Numbered from the stretch's first letter, positions 50,001-60,436 are shown. The stretch is 64,000 bases of DNA from an uncultured virus (IMG/VR IMGVR_UViG_3300020178_000825) (IMGVR_UViG_3300020178_000825:62001-126000); one strand, 5' to 3'. Program-made: numbers and translations. Notes: generated from the letters alone by a model not told the origin.

Positions 50001-51296
50001 TCTTTCTTCAGCCGAACCAAAATGTACAAAATTTTCAAATACATATTCGGAACCACTTACATATTGAATATTTAATTTTTTGGTATCTATACCAACTTTT
50101 TCACCATACTCTCTTATTAGTGCATCATTTGTTGATGAACCACTTGCAAGTAAATCACTATATACTTGATATCCAATACCATTATCAGATTCTAACGAAA
50201 AATTAGGTCCTTGTAATGGTGGGCAGTAATCCTGCGTATCACCCAATAATGTGAGTGTCTCAAATATAGGATTGGTTTGAATTTTAGTAATCCAAACTTT
50301 TTGATTTGTTTGTATATCGTTTGAAAGGGGTTCATATAACTTTAAAATTAACGAAGATGCATCACCACCAGTTTGAGTGATTTCTTGCAATCCTCTCCAA
50401 GTTGTTATTACTTTGTTGTTACCATCCCCCAAATGTAATAAGTGAGTAAGATATGTTGAATCATCAAAACTACATTTATTAAATTGAGAAATGAATCCTT
50501 CTGATATCCTGTTAATAGCAACCGAACGTGGTATATCTAAATCACCCTTATCAAATAAAATAGTAAAAGTTTCTGTTTCACCCCTTACCTTTTCTTTTCT
50601 TAGATTTTGGTTTACAGGAGTTAATGATATTGGTATCTTAATTTTATCAACATCTTCAGTACCTTCCATATCAAGATAGTTGATTAGAATCTCTTGTACA
50701 TTAAAATTAAGATTAAATTCTCTTGTTGTAAATGCATTTTTAACTCTACCAATACCAACTTCAACAAACCCACTTCTTTCTAATCCTTCTACATCAAATC
50801 TTAATTTAAAATCAACATCATATCCAATAAAATCAGCACCCCTAATTACTTTGGGATATGTGATTCTTCTAATATCTGGTACAGTTACAGAATACTCATC
50901 AACAACATTAATTGTTAAACTAACTGCTCTATCTAAGATATTAGATGTTTCATTATCTTGAGTTCCCTCATCTAACTTAGTTACAATATCTTTTTGTTCT
51001 TCAACTTCATTTAGATTTTTAGGTCTATCTGATAAAGATACCTCAGGCAATTTCTTTTCGTTTGCTTTTTTTGTATTTGGAATATTTGATTTTAATCCTA
51101 AATCATTTACTGGTTTAGTTGGATAGTTTATAGGGTTTATTGGTTTTAAAATATCATTAATAGGATTAAATGCTCCACCACCCGCTTTACCAGATTTATT
51201 TAAATCAGATAATGATATAATGGCATTATTCTTTGGTGGAACTTTGTTTGCTCCCAAAGATTTTAAAATATCTAATATGTTTTTTGGTGCTGGCAT
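47073..51296 (-). CDS. Large baseplate protein with LamG/ConA-like domain
   Basis: NNLPEFI, MLGHHFD and LPYLLKHKGT (wedge-like); FNGSLDEFRLWKTPL (LamG-like); VPARAK. Confidence 0.65.
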   Translation of the reverse strand: MPAPKNILDILKSLGANKVPPKNNAIISLSDLNKSGKAGGGAFNPINDILKPINPINYPTKPVNDLGLKSNIPNTKKANEKKLPEVSLSDRPKNLNEVEEQKDIVTKLDEGTQDNETSNILDRAVSLTINVVDEYSVTVPDIRRITYPKVIRGADFIGYDVDFKLRFDVEGLERSGFVEVGIGRVKNAFTTREFNLNFNVQEILINYLDMEGTEDVDKIKIPISLTPVNQNLRKEKVRGETETFTILFDKGDLDIPRSVAINRISEGFISQFNKCSFDDSTYLTHLLHLGDGNNKVITTWRGLQEITQTGGDASSLILKLYEPLSNDIQTNQKVWITKIQTNPIFETLTLLGDTQDYCPPLQGPNFSLESDNGIGYQVYSDLLASGSSTNDALIREYGEKVGIDTKKLNIQYVSGSEYVFENFVHFGSAEERIKNFQYKVELLESYQTKYNSLSVSQVELGYLLAEGGLVDEYTIISEPASSSLQIEAISVTAASVVQANQQLVNINNLIKTFDGFENFLYTSTNSLAYPKSGSSIIASTDSQAIAWYNTAVNEAATFDRNNVDYLNNNLPEFIREDYQNEDFMLFMDMLGHHFDVIWAYINGLNNLRKPEHKADLGFSSDLVSTMLESLGWDGRKAYDSQHLWEYALGQYKDGTEKYQQSLKSANEEVWRRILNNLPYLLKHKGTSRSLKAVMACYGVPQSLLTIMEFGGPTDPTDGGTQPFTFEDRTSELVLSGSDSSYIQIPFNDIDDYSARGIEFRVNSTIPKDTSLIKMMDPSGTEAEWEFKISQTTGSFANLDLYVSSSSELHSASIDNVRFFDGEYKQILINKSEDGSDDTFNVYLRDSINGRIRTEKASNTLSITNANWTGSGLGIGRSLRVGNGFNGSLDEFRLWKTPLETNLLDTHTLQPDSIAGNSYTASSEDLVLRFDFELPKDLSSSTTINNVAISTEYNVNGTAVGFNSISDYPYHYRSYERTITAKVPSLGFNQADKIRFETQELVGNLSHKVRATKKSLDRAPIDSSRLGLFFSPIKELNMDIIKSFGNFNIDNYIGAPADEYKDEYTELKSLRDYYFQRLNRDIYEYIRLIRYIDKSLFDVLEDLVPARAKVSKGLLIEPHFLERSKTKWDKPTSEKRDYETSVDVDEDVILIGDNNQFQANIDGESDVVLTHQYDNYEANVDGEDDIVLTSTNPQYDSSIDVDNDTNLLGTYPTYVSEIEVPDGSKLDASAESFGFEQIGMDPNSLNNAGFGLFTPIEKYGEVSTLDIFGNLSGSRQQVYLIKESYIEKVPTQVAGYPTTTTNEQVRYEDVEVTKFRYKVTKVPFGAPDPSVGNDVVEVTPLKGYLSSHYRYKNNLSQGLKNSFFEGSKQTINTTPDGLSPVETFTTNPNILRVADTGRGSGEPILEVD

Positions 51297-52810
51297 TAGA
51301 ATTGTCTTATATCATAATTAGGTCTGAGGATGCTATCATCTCTTCCAAAGTCATCGAATCTATCTCCAAAATCATTAAATTCGTCTCTTTCTATAAATTC
51401 GTTTCGGCCTCCGCCTCCACCTCCGCCACCTCTACGAGGAGAGCCACCAGATGGTGTAGATACTGGCTTATATGGATTAGCCTTATCCTCTGGTTTTGGT
51501 GGTGGTGGGGGTAATTCTTTTTCGTTTTGTACAAACTTAGGTGTAACTTCTTTTGGTGTTATAGTAATAGGTTGTTCCGATTCTCTAACTTGATTTTCAT
51601 AATCATCAAATGAAAATGGAAATAATTTTATATTATATTGTCCTATTTTGTTAAAAACCCTATGAGGTATTGTTATACCAACAACCTTTCCACCCGGTTC
51701 CTCATAATTATCTCTACCAAAATCATCAAATTCCAAAACATCATCACCAACTACAACTGTTATTGCTTGCACATCATCGTTCATCTGAACCAGTAGTGGT
51801 ACTCCAGATTTAGTGTTAATATTATATTTTCTTGGGTCTCCATTTACCAATGATATTTGAGGGTCTAATCCTGGTAATGGAACTGGTATCTTTTCGGTAT
51901 CTATGCCAATACTATATTCAGATGTCAATTTTAATGTTGTTTCCAACGATTCACCAGCATCCGCTTCTATTATAATGGGTTTATTATCTGGTTTGAGAAT
52001 ATCAATACGAGTAATCCTATACAAAGAAGTATCAGCTGAACTTATTACATAGTTTGTTCCTTCAACATCTTCATATGAACTCTGTCCAATAGATGGAAAA
52101 AATTGTGCATTTTTATTTCCATTTTTTAGTACACTTACCGGCAATCCCTCACCAGTTATTAAAAAATTTACTTTATAACTACTTGGTTCCTCATATTCAT
52201 CACGTCCACCGCCTGTATTTACTGGTTTTTTATTTAATTTAAAATTTAAATCAATAGAAGATACACTAGCAATACCCTTTTCTTCTACAATTTTATTATC
52301 AACATATTTGATAAGAGAAATTGCTTTTGTATTTATTCCAAGTAATTGGTTTTCCGGTTTTAATCCTTGATTTTCTATAATGGGAGCCCCATCATCTAAC
52401 ATAGATACGATGTAGTATTCGTTACATACATAACCCTCTTTAGATACTTTTATTTTTTTATCACCAGTTCTTGCTAATGATTCTCTTGTAACTCTTACCA
52501 ATGAATTTATACCAACTTTTTCATCATTTACAAAAGTTGAAAATCCCTTTTCATTAGTTTTTATAATAAATAAAATAGGGTCTGAGATAGTATCCTTTGG
52601 TGGTTCTTCTGGGTCTTCTGTATCACCATAAGGTCCCTTTGGTGAGTTACCTCCACTATTACCACCAGTATTACCAGTATCACCAGTATCGCCAGTAGCA
52701 GGGCCATTACCTACACCAGGGTCTTGGTCTGGCTCTTGTGGTCCAGTATTATCACCCTCATTAGGGTCATATACTTCATCATAATCGATATTTTTTATTG
52801 GTGCTGGCAT
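51296..52810 (-). CDS. Hypothetical structural protein with low-complexity termini
   Basis: 504 aa, beta-rich core, acidic/Gly N-terminus and Pro/Gly C-terminus. Confidence 0.55.
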   Translation of the reverse strand: MPAPIKNIDYDEVYDPNEGDNTGPQEPDQDPGVGNGPATGDTGDTGNTGGNSGGNSPKGPYGDTEDPEEPPKDTISDPILFIIKTNEKGFSTFVNDEKVGINSLVRVTRESLARTGDKKIKVSKEGYVCNEYYIVSMLDDGAPIIENQGLKPENQLLGINTKAISLIKYVDNKIVEEKGIASVSSIDLNFKLNKKPVNTGGGRDEYEEPSSYKVNFLITGEGLPVSVLKNGNKNAQFFPSIGQSSYEDVEGTNYVISSADTSLYRITRIDILKPDNKPIIIEADAGESLETTLKLTSEYSIGIDTEKIPVPLPGLDPQISLVNGDPRKYNINTKSGVPLLVQMNDDVQAITVVVGDDVLEFDDFGRDNYEEPGGKVVGITIPHRVFNKIGQYNIKLFPFSFDDYENQVRESEQPITITPKEVTPKFVQNEKELPPPPPKPEDKANPYKPVSTPSGGSPRRGGGGGGGGRNEFIERDEFNDFGDRFDDFGRDDSILRPNYDIRQF

Positions 52811-52815
52811 AATTA

Positions 52816-54084
52816 TTAACTTATATCAGAAGGTCCTCCTCCACCTCTTTGATTTGTAACTGGTGTTGTTATTGGATTTGGTCTTTTTGTAAATGCACCA
52901 CTCTTATCATTTTCAAGCGGTATTCGTTTACCAGTACCCAATCCCAAAAACTTATTTTTAAATATACTTTTCTTTTTACTTTTAATCGGATTTTCTTTTA
53001 TAAATTTTGGAATTGGTAATTCAGATGGTACTTCTTTTTTAATAGCTACCTCTAAATTTTTTGATTCCTTAAATTCATCTTTTGTTTGTGGTAGAGGTTT
53101 TTCTTTTGTTACCTCAATACCCGGCACATTCGGTTGAATAATTACATCCGATTCTCTAGTTCTTATAATTTTACCAACTTTATCTCTACTAGCATCAAAT
53201 TCATTTTCTCTAGTTGTTCTTGATTGAATTGTTCTTTGTGGCAAAAATTTATCTACACATTCTATTAAGATTCTCTGAGCTGTTTTGTACACTGCTTCTT
53301 TTGATAAAGATAATGATTCTTTTGTCGGTTTCTTTTTACCATAGTTTACATCACCAATGTAAGAATTTCTATTTAAAAATTCATATTTCATCGCTTCTGC
53401 AAATTGTTTATGTATTCTTGTCATTAATCTATCGAACTCCCTAACACCAAACTCAGAAACTAATTTGTTATACCATTTTTCAGTATATGTCTTTTTAATA
53501 AATGAATCTATTTCTTTTGAATCTATTTTTTCAACAAATTCCCCTATATATGGTAAAATATCATCCCTAAAAGATTGTCCATTTACCATAATATTAAATC
53601 TGGTTAATAAATCAGTTTTTTCTGAAACTTCATTTCGAATCGGTAGTAACTTTACTTCAGTTCTCGATGGAGATATTTCTTTAATCCAAAGTTTTTCATT
53701 TAAGTTATCAAATCCAACTCTTTTATTTAATAGTGTTATTTGTGCTTTAAATATACCATTATTATATCCCGCCTCATTAATTAATCGTTCTGCATCAATA
53801 AAATATTCATTGGGAAAATTAAATGCCTGAAATTCGGTTCCATCTGCGATTAAAAAATAATCTTTAATGTTTTCTGAACTAAGTGGAATGTATCTAACTA
53901 ACTTTCCTTCATCACCCTGAGGAAGCTGATTATCATTGGCATCATAAACAATGAACTCAATCATATCCGCATCAGAAAATCCGAAAAAAGATTGCAGGGT
54001 TCCTTTTTCGAAAATTTCTCTATCTTTAGTAGAAATTCGATACCCTTTATTTTCTATTATTTCCTTAAATGTTTTAATTGCCAT
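52816..54084 (-). CDS. Hypothetical baseplate-region protein
   Basis: LWIKEISPSRTEVKL motif; 422 aa. Confidence 0.55.
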   Translation of the reverse strand: MAIKTFKEIIENKGYRISTKDREIFEKGTLQSFFGFSDADMIEFIVYDANDNQLPQGDEGKLVRYIPLSSENIKDYFLIADGTEFQAFNFPNEYFIDAERLINEAGYNNGIFKAQITLLNKRVGFDNLNEKLWIKEISPSRTEVKLLPIRNEVSEKTDLLTRFNIMVNGQSFRDDILPYIGEFVEKIDSKEIDSFIKKTYTEKWYNKLVSEFGVREFDRLMTRIHKQFAEAMKYEFLNRNSYIGDVNYGKKKPTKESLSLSKEAVYKTAQRILIECVDKFLPQRTIQSRTTRENEFDASRDKVGKIIRTRESDVIIQPNVPGIEVTKEKPLPQTKDEFKESKNLEVAIKKEVPSELPIPKFIKENPIKSKKKSIFKNKFLGLGTGKRIPLENDKSGAFTKRPNPITTPVTNQRGGGGPSDIS

Positions 54085-55400
54085 TATCCACCTGTTTTAT
54101 CTTCACCAACAAATACTTGAGCAGTACCTCTACTTCCCCACTTGTCTTTTCTCTTAACTCGTTTCCAATAATATGCTTTTATCTCCAATTTATCACCAGC
54201 TGATGTATTAATTATAAGAGTTCCGCTTTTTTCTTGTTTTCTTTTAGATGTTTTACCAAGAGGTGTCCACTTAAATGTAACAGTAGTTACACCAGCAGAT
54301 TGTTCATTTCTAGCAGGAACTTTCCAAGTTTTAGGGCCGTCAAGCCAACTAATACTTTCAGATAATGTAAATGTTTGTTCTTCAGTTGTAAAGTTAAAGA
54401 ATGCAACACCCTTAGAACCATTTACTATCGAAACTTCATCGGGTTTACGAGATGCAATTTTTAATCCCTTCTTACCCTCTTCATTTACATCGTTTGCTGA
54501 TATCTTCCATCCACTATTTTCAGTTTGTTGGAAGAATCCATTTAATCCTTCTAATGCGTTTTGTGCAGCATTTTGTTTTTCTCTTTCTTCAGTTAGTTCT
54601 TTTTGTACTCTAAACGATTCTTGTAATGCCTCTATTCTAGCGGTTAAAGAAACTCTTTCGATTGCTTCGTTGATTGAGTTTTGTACCGCGTTTTGTAAAT
54701 CTATTGTTGTTGATGCAATTTGAGTATTAGCAATATCTCTTTGGTCATTTGCAATATTAGCTTTTAATTTTTCATTATCGGTTTCTATTCTTAATGCAGC
54801 AACTATACTTTCTAATTCAGCTATTATTGAATTTAAATTACTAACATCATTATTTAATCTTTCAACCTCGGCAGTTAAATCTTCTATTTGTTCTAATGCT
54901 GTATTATATACTGAACGAAGTACTGTATCTGGTTGTGGTGCTGGTGTGTTTGGTATAAGTTCAAATATTCTAGTATCTATTGATTTTTCCAATTCAACAC
55001 TATCATATTTAGGTCTAATTAGTTGACCGCCTATGATACCACCATCTATTTCTTGCTCACTAATATATCCATATAATTCATCATAATCAGCACTATTAAC
55101 ACCATCCCAATTTATTGTAGATGGATTTACATTTGGTTCTATTGTTGTAGAATCAAATGGTCTATTTTTAATTACATCCGATAATGGATTAATTGGCCTT
55201 CCCTTAACTACATTTCTTTTAGCGATGCGTACACCACGTTCGTTTTTTTTAGGAAGATTTAGAGAACCACCTTCTTTAAGTTTTTTGACAAACTCATCTC
55301 TACCAAGTCCACGCTTCATAGGTTCTTTTTCATTACCCATACCAGCTTGACCTCGTTTTATAGATTCTGCCTTTTTTTGTGCTCTATTCTTTTTAAACAT
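54084..55400 (-). CDS. Hypothetical coiled-coil structural protein
   Basis: Central heptad-rich region; 438 aa. Confidence 0.55.
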   Translation of the reverse strand: MFKKNRAQKKAESIKRGQAGMGNEKEPMKRGLGRDEFVKKLKEGGSLNLPKKNERGVRIAKRNVVKGRPINPLSDVIKNRPFDSTTIEPNVNPSTINWDGVNSADYDELYGYISEQEIDGGIIGGQLIRPKYDSVELEKSIDTRIFELIPNTPAPQPDTVLRSVYNTALEQIEDLTAEVERLNNDVSNLNSIIAELESIVAALRIETDNEKLKANIANDQRDIANTQIASTTIDLQNAVQNSINEAIERVSLTARIEALQESFRVQKELTEEREKQNAAQNALEGLNGFFQQTENSGWKISANDVNEEGKKGLKIASRKPDEVSIVNGSKGVAFFNFTTEEQTFTLSESISWLDGPKTWKVPARNEQSAGVTTVTFKWTPLGKTSKRKQEKSGTLIINTSAGDKLEIKAYYWKRVKRKDKWGSRGTAQVFVGEDKTGG

Positions 55401-55403
55401 TGT

Positions 55404-56471
55404 TTATGAAATTACGCTAAATGTATAATCATCATCAAAGAAATAATCAGTTCCATTGATACTAACTTTAAATTCTATAATATACACCCTATCAACTTCC
55501 CAATTAGATAAATTTAATTTAAAGTAATTTCCATCGGAATCACAACTTAATTTTGTATAATCTGAAAATGGAACTACTACTTCACCTGAATGATAGTCGG
55601 ATATTTGATAATATGATGTTATTGGTAAAAATTTACTAATACTATATTGTAATGTTGATGAGAATGTTTTTATTGGATATAAATCTCTACCAACTACTCT
55701 TAATTTTGGAGTTGTATTTACTTTATATTCTTTTTTAAAATTTTTAATTCCAACTTTTATTTCTTCCGATGTTAACTCAGTCAACGAACCAGTTGAAAAT
55801 GATGTATCATCCCAACCTATTCTAACTTTTGGTTGATGAATGGTGTTTGTTTCTTTACTAAAAAACCTAAGAATACCATAATCATTTGTATCTGTTTCTT
55901 TTGAAAATGGTAATTTTAGAATGATTCCATCATTTGGAATAGAACCACTAATCCAATCAATCATAATATCTTTGATATCTATATAAACATCGGTAGTTTT
56001 ATATTCAAAGTTTTGTAATGAAGAAGATGCGTAATAAAATGTTCCACCTTTGCCTTCATAAGAACCAGTAGATACACTACTAAACTCAGATGTTTCCAAC
56101 CATCTTAGTGTAGAATCACCTTCTCTATTATTCCAAGTTACACCCGATGTTGTAATATCATCAAAACGAGTACCATTACCCATTTCCCAACTTTGTGAAA
56201 TTGGATATGCTTCTAATGTAAATTCTAATGGAAGTTCTTCTGATTCGGTTTCTTTTAATATAAGGGTTGCTTCAGACATTGTTACAGACCCATCTGCTAA
56301 GCTAGATGATAATCCAGTTACATCAAATTTAAGAAGTGCTCTGGATACATCTTTGATGTTACCATAATAAACCTTACTAACCTCTAATACCTCATCTAAA
56401 CCAGCGTTTTGGTCGGGTTGTTGTAAGTACACCGATGCATCTTTTGATGCTGTTAAAAAATAGTATGCCAT
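55404..56471 (-). CDS. Structural protein with DNRLRE-like beta domain
   Basis: KDASVY...SRALLKFD...SWEMG...TW...NDGIILK...FFSKET...P.V pattern. Confidence 0.55.
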   Translation of the reverse strand: MAYYFLTASKDASVYLQQPDQNAGLDEVLEVSKVYYGNIKDVSRALLKFDVTGLSSSLADGSVTMSEATLILKETESEELPLEFTLEAYPISQSWEMGNGTRFDDITTSGVTWNNREGDSTLRWLETSEFSSVSTGSYEGKGGTFYYASSSLQNFEYKTTDVYIDIKDIMIDWISGSIPNDGIILKLPFSKETDTNDYGILRFFSKETNTIHQPKVRIGWDDTSFSTGSLTELTSEEIKVGIKNFKKEYKVNTTPKLRVVGRDLYPIKTFSSTLQYSISKFLPITSYYQISDYHSGEVVVPFSDYTKLSCDSDGNYFKLNLSNWEVDRVYIIEFKVSINGTDYFFDDDYTFSVIS

Positions 56472-58504
56472 TATCTTGCCCTCCCTTTAATATCCGAATC
56501 TGGAAATTTAACTTCGAAAACCGATGGGTCTAAAGATGGATATAAAATCTTATCTTTAATCGCCGCTTCTATATTATATGAGTTTGGTGAATATTCTCCA
56601 CCACACTTATTTACAATTTTTAATTTTGGTACTGAACTAACACCATCAACATTTGCTACAATTAATTCTAATTCTGAAATATTAATTGTATTGTTGAATG
56701 TCCAATTATCAATATTTAAATAATCTTTTAATTCGGATATACAATCAGAAATTACCTCACTTTTATTATAATTTTTTAAAGTAATTACTTCAAATTCAAT
56801 TCCTATATTAATAATAAACCCATCATTAATATTAATACCATCGGTTAAAATTTTATATTCCGATAGATATGTTTTTAAATTTTCCTTTACTGCTCTATTA
56901 AGATTTGATAATTTTTTATTTGAATCATACCCTAACAAATATAAATTTATTGCGAATGGATTATTTTTTTCATTATCATTTGATGTTTTTCCAGTTAGAT
57001 ATTTTTGTATTTCTTGTTGAACGCTTTTTCTATCAGGTTCTTCACTATCTGGCTTCTCAACAAAACTCATCACTAAATCAGTAAACTCTTGTAGAGCTTT
57101 TGGTGAAGAAAGAATTGATGATGGTGAGTTGTTATCTAATGTACCATCTGCCGTAGCGTATGCCTTTGCAACCGAACCATACTTAGTTGGCATTGATAAT
57201 GCTCTTACTTCATAATCTTTAGCAGTTACTGCTCTATTCTGAGAACCAAAGTTTGCTAAAGCATTTTGTCTTATTTCTTCAATAGTATCACCACCTTTAC
57301 CACCTGTTGCAGGAACTTCATTATCTACTGCGATTGAATTTTTAGCTGAATTATAAATTGCCAACTGCGTTGGTGTGAATAATGTTGTATCTTCTTCAAA
57401 TTCACTATTTCTAATTTGAGTAATTGTTCCTTTTTGAACATTTGATTCTACACCACCACCAACTAAATATTTTACAGTTATGGTTGTATTTGATGGTGAT
57501 GAACCATAAGTTTTGGTTTTTAAAAAGTTAGTTGGGTCAAATGATTCTTCTAATTTAGAAATAGAATTGGGTAATCCCAATCCAACATTTTTTAAATTAG
57601 GTATAATCGTTTCATCATTCGCTGTTGGGTCTCCTGCACCAAACTGAATAGTTGTTGTACTATCTGGGTTAACCTGTTTAACAAATCTACGAGATGTTTT
57701 AAGTGTATTTAATACATATGGTACTGTTGATTTAAATTGATAAAGGTCTGGGTCATTACTTTCCGTATTCGGATAATCCACAAATACCAATTCTTGTGCT
57801 AAGTAGGGAACTTCATACCATTTGTTTCCATTTGAATCTCGTACATCATAGATATCTATAATGTTTGTATCCAATAAATCAATTTTTTGAAATTCTTCAT
57901 ATGAACCAAATGTAAATTCTTCAGTTTTTACTTCTGCCGAAATAACTTTTACTAATTTCTTTACTAAATAAAATGATGTTTCTCCAGTAACCGAATCGGT
58001 TTGGTATATTGTAATTTCTCTATCAGTTGAATCCGAAAAATCAACTACATCTTTTGTAATAAAAGATACTCCATTTGAAGATTCCAATATCATACCTTCT
58101 TTTATCTTTAAAAGATATGTTTCATCAAATGTATTGTTTGCACCAGTTCCAGTTGAAGGAACTAATTGATAGACAGATAAAGTTGTTACTGCTGGTGCGG
58201 ATACTTTGGGTTTATATCCTAAGTATTGTGAAAGTGCTATTACATTTTCAATATCATCAGCATGTACCATTAATGATTCCTTTAAGGTATCATCAACATA
58301 ATATGAAAGTGAATCTCCAATATAAGATGCCATTTCAATGAACATCATACCAGGAGAGGATTCGTTAAAATCAGAATAAGTTGTTGGGAAATAAGTTTTA
58401 GCAAACTCAATAAGATTAGTTCTGAATTCAGTAAAATCTTTATTGAGGTATTTTATATCCTTACCTCTACCCTTAAAATTCTTTGTTGTTTTTGTAATTG
58501 CCAT
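56471..58504 (-). CDS. gp6: Baseplate wedge subunit (T4 gp6 / baseplate J-like)
   Basis: DFNESSPGMMFIEMASY, LGYKPK, IQFGAG and QNRAVTAKDY motifs. Confidence 0.88.
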   Translation of the reverse strand: MAITKTTKNFKGRGKDIKYLNKDFTEFRTNLIEFAKTYFPTTYSDFNESSPGMMFIEMASYIGDSLSYYVDDTLKESLMVHADDIENVIALSQYLGYKPKVSAPAVTTLSVYQLVPSTGTGANNTFDETYLLKIKEGMILESSNGVSFITKDVVDFSDSTDREITIYQTDSVTGETSFYLVKKLVKVISAEVKTEEFTFGSYEEFQKIDLLDTNIIDIYDVRDSNGNKWYEVPYLAQELVFVDYPNTESNDPDLYQFKSTVPYVLNTLKTSRRFVKQVNPDSTTTIQFGAGDPTANDETIIPNLKNVGLGLPNSISKLEESFDPTNFLKTKTYGSSPSNTTITVKYLVGGGVESNVQKGTITQIRNSEFEEDTTLFTPTQLAIYNSAKNSIAVDNEVPATGGKGGDTIEEIRQNALANFGSQNRAVTAKDYEVRALSMPTKYGSVAKAYATADGTLDNNSPSSILSSPKALQEFTDLVMSFVEKPDSEEPDRKSVQQEIQKYLTGKTSNDNEKNNPFAINLYLLGYDSNKKLSNLNRAVKENLKTYLSEYKILTDGININDGFIINIGIEFEVITLKNYNKSEVISDCISELKDYLNIDNWTFNNTINISELELIVANVDGVSSVPKLKIVNKCGGEYSPNSYNIEAAIKDKILYPSLDPSVFEVKFPDSDIKGRAR

Positions 58505-58510
58505 ATCTTA

Positions 58511-58939
58511 TTATCCCTGAACTGTGAATGTTAAGGTTTCTAAATTAATATCATCACCAATTCTAAATTTAATTGAAACATTTAATTTATTGTTATCTCT
58601 CAATTCATCAGTTGATTCAATATCAATTTCTTCTGCCGTAACATAAGGTAACCACTGTTCTAAACTTTCGTTTATTGTATCTTCTATTCTACCTTCTAAA
58701 TCATCTACATTTGGTTCAAACAATAACGATTGGATTCCACTACCAAATTCAGGTTGTAAAATACGTTCCCCCCTTTTAGTAAGTAGAAGATTTTTAATAT
58801 TTGATTTAACTTGGTCTTTAGTTAGAAAAGATTGTTCAAAGGTATTTTTACCAAAAGTTAATGGTAATGTAATACCAATAGCATAATTTGCGTATGCAAT
58901 GGTATCTTTAACAATTCTTCTTCCTAACTCAACTGCCAT
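58511..58939 (-). CDS. gp25: Baseplate wedge / sheath initiator (T4 gp25 family)
   Basis: NIKNLLLTKRGERILQPEFGS...LLFEP...WLPYV. Confidence 0.92.
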   Translation of the reverse strand: MAVELGRRIVKDTIAYANYAIGITLPLTFGKNTFEQSFLTKDQVKSNIKNLLLTKRGERILQPEFGSGIQSLLFEPNVDDLEGRIEDTINESLEQWLPYVTAEEIDIESTDELRDNNKLNVSIKFRIGDDINLETLTFTVQG

Positions 58940-58947
58940 AATCTATA

Positions 58948-59481
58948 TTACATTCCCGGTCTCCAAGGACCTTTCTTTTTATCCAATGCTTTCATTAAAC
59001 CACTATAATCTCTATTTAGTGCTTTATCCAATCCAGCGTTTCCAGTATGAACACCTAAACCTTGTTTTGGTGCCATATCTCCGTAACCCATTTGTTGTGC
59101 TATATTTGATGCACCTAATGTATGTACTGAGTTTGAATCGAAGTTCATCGTACCAGACGATACTTCGGTTGGTGCCCCAGCATATGATGGAACATTAGTT
59201 CCACTTCTTTGTTGTGAGTTAAAGGGTTGTGTTTGTGCCAATACCTCATTTAATGCAGGATTCTTACTAAATGTTTTTTGTGGTTGAACTGGTTCTTCCA
59301 TTACATTTGAATCCATAAATGTTGGTTGTTTTGGTGTAATAGCTTCTTTAAGTTTTTTGTTTTCTTTCAATAACTTAGCCATTTCTTTCTTAACACCTTC
59401 TTTAACGAGTTTGGGAAGAATCACTTTGATTTCCTCCTTAACTATAATCTGTATTGCTTTTACTAATTTATCAGTATCCAT
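58948..59481 (-). CDS. Hypothetical late protein
   Basis: 177 aa; repeated xKE sites at the N-terminus; TATTTATA at 59504-59511. Confidence 0.6.
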   Translation of the reverse strand: MDTDKLVKAIQIIVKEEIKVILPKLVKEGVKKEMAKLLKENKKLKEAITPKQPTFMDSNVMEEPVQPQKTFSKNPALNEVLAQTQPFNSQQRSGTNVPSYAGAPTEVSSGTMNFDSNSVHTLGASNIAQQMGYGDMAPKQGLGVHTGNAGLDKALNRDYSGLMKALDKKKGPWRPGM

Positions 59482-59527
59482 TGTTAAAATGTTTTCCTTT
59501 CTATATAAATATTTGATTTAGGTTTTT

Positions 59528-60433
59528 TTAATTTTTAATACAATCTGGTCGTATTGCTACTAATTGTTTTTTAAATTCTTCTATTTGTTTGTTGATATTA
59601 TTACCATCACCAATATCATTAATATCATCTCCTAAAGATGAGTTTACCATATCTTCAAAAGAACTATCTCCATTTATACCATCACCTAATCCACTACCAT
59701 CTCCATTTATACCATCACCTAATCCACTATCATCACTATCATTGGGTAATTCATATTCTTGAATAGGACCAACTTCACTTATAGTGTTATTATCAACCTG
59801 CTCTATTACAGGTAGTTCACTACCATCCGCAGATGGGAAGTTTGGATTTGGAATAGGGATTGCGGGTGGTATTAAATATCCCGTCCAAATTATAACACCA
59901 GGAGCGGGTATTGGGGATGGTGCCGATGGATATAGTGAAGTTGTTTGTATAACACCACCTATCGAAAATAAATGCACAATAGCGGCAAGTATAAACATAT
60001 TTACTATTATCTCTTGTTTTTTAGCGGGTTTTAATGGTGGGTATAGAGGCCACACCCCCACATTAGTTACAATATTAGAATTTACTACTAAATTTTGAAT
60101 TGAACCGGGTGCTGGAATTAGTGGAATTGGAAATGGGTTCATTTGGGCTCCGGCCCAATAAGCTTTTACACCATTCCCAAATTCATTTGGTAATGAAAAA
60201 TTTACGCCAGGTGGTGTTGCCAATCCTTTTAATAACGCAACTCTAAAAAGATTTTTCATTATTTCTTTATTACCAGCTTGTACTGATTCTAAATTAATAA
60301 AATCTTTTCCTCTTTTTATCGCAGCATCATATTCATCAGCCCAAATAGTTGCAACCTTATTTATATCTAAAGAAGGATTGTTATTTGGATTTGTCTTTCG
60401 TATTACGTTTCTTTTAAATAATCCCCAAGACAT
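59528..60433 (-). CDS. Hypothetical baseplate-hub-region protein
   Basis: Pro-rich core and acidic C-terminus with a tandem repeat. Confidence 0.55.
   Translation of the reverse strand: MSWGLFKRNVIRKTNPNNNPSLDINKVATIWADEYDAAIKRGKDFINLESVQAGNKEIMKNLFRVALLKGLATPPGVNFSLPNEFGNGVKAYWAGAQMNPFPIPLIPAPGSIQNLVVNSNIVTNVGVWPLYPPLKPAKKQEIIVNMFILAAIVHLFSIGGVIQTTSLYPSAPSPIPAPGVIIWTGYLIPPAIPIPNPNFPSADGSELPVIEQVDNNTISEVGPIQEYELPNDSDDSGLGDGINGDGSGLGDGINGDSSFEDMVNSSLGDDINDIGDGNNINKQIEEFKKQLVAIRPDCIKN
59666..59731. repeat. 33-bp tandem duplication encoding SGLGDGINGD(G/S)
   Basis: ATCTCCATTTATACCATCACCTAATCCACTA(C/T)C occurs twice in tandem. Confidence 0.85.
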
Positions 60434-60436
60434 TTT

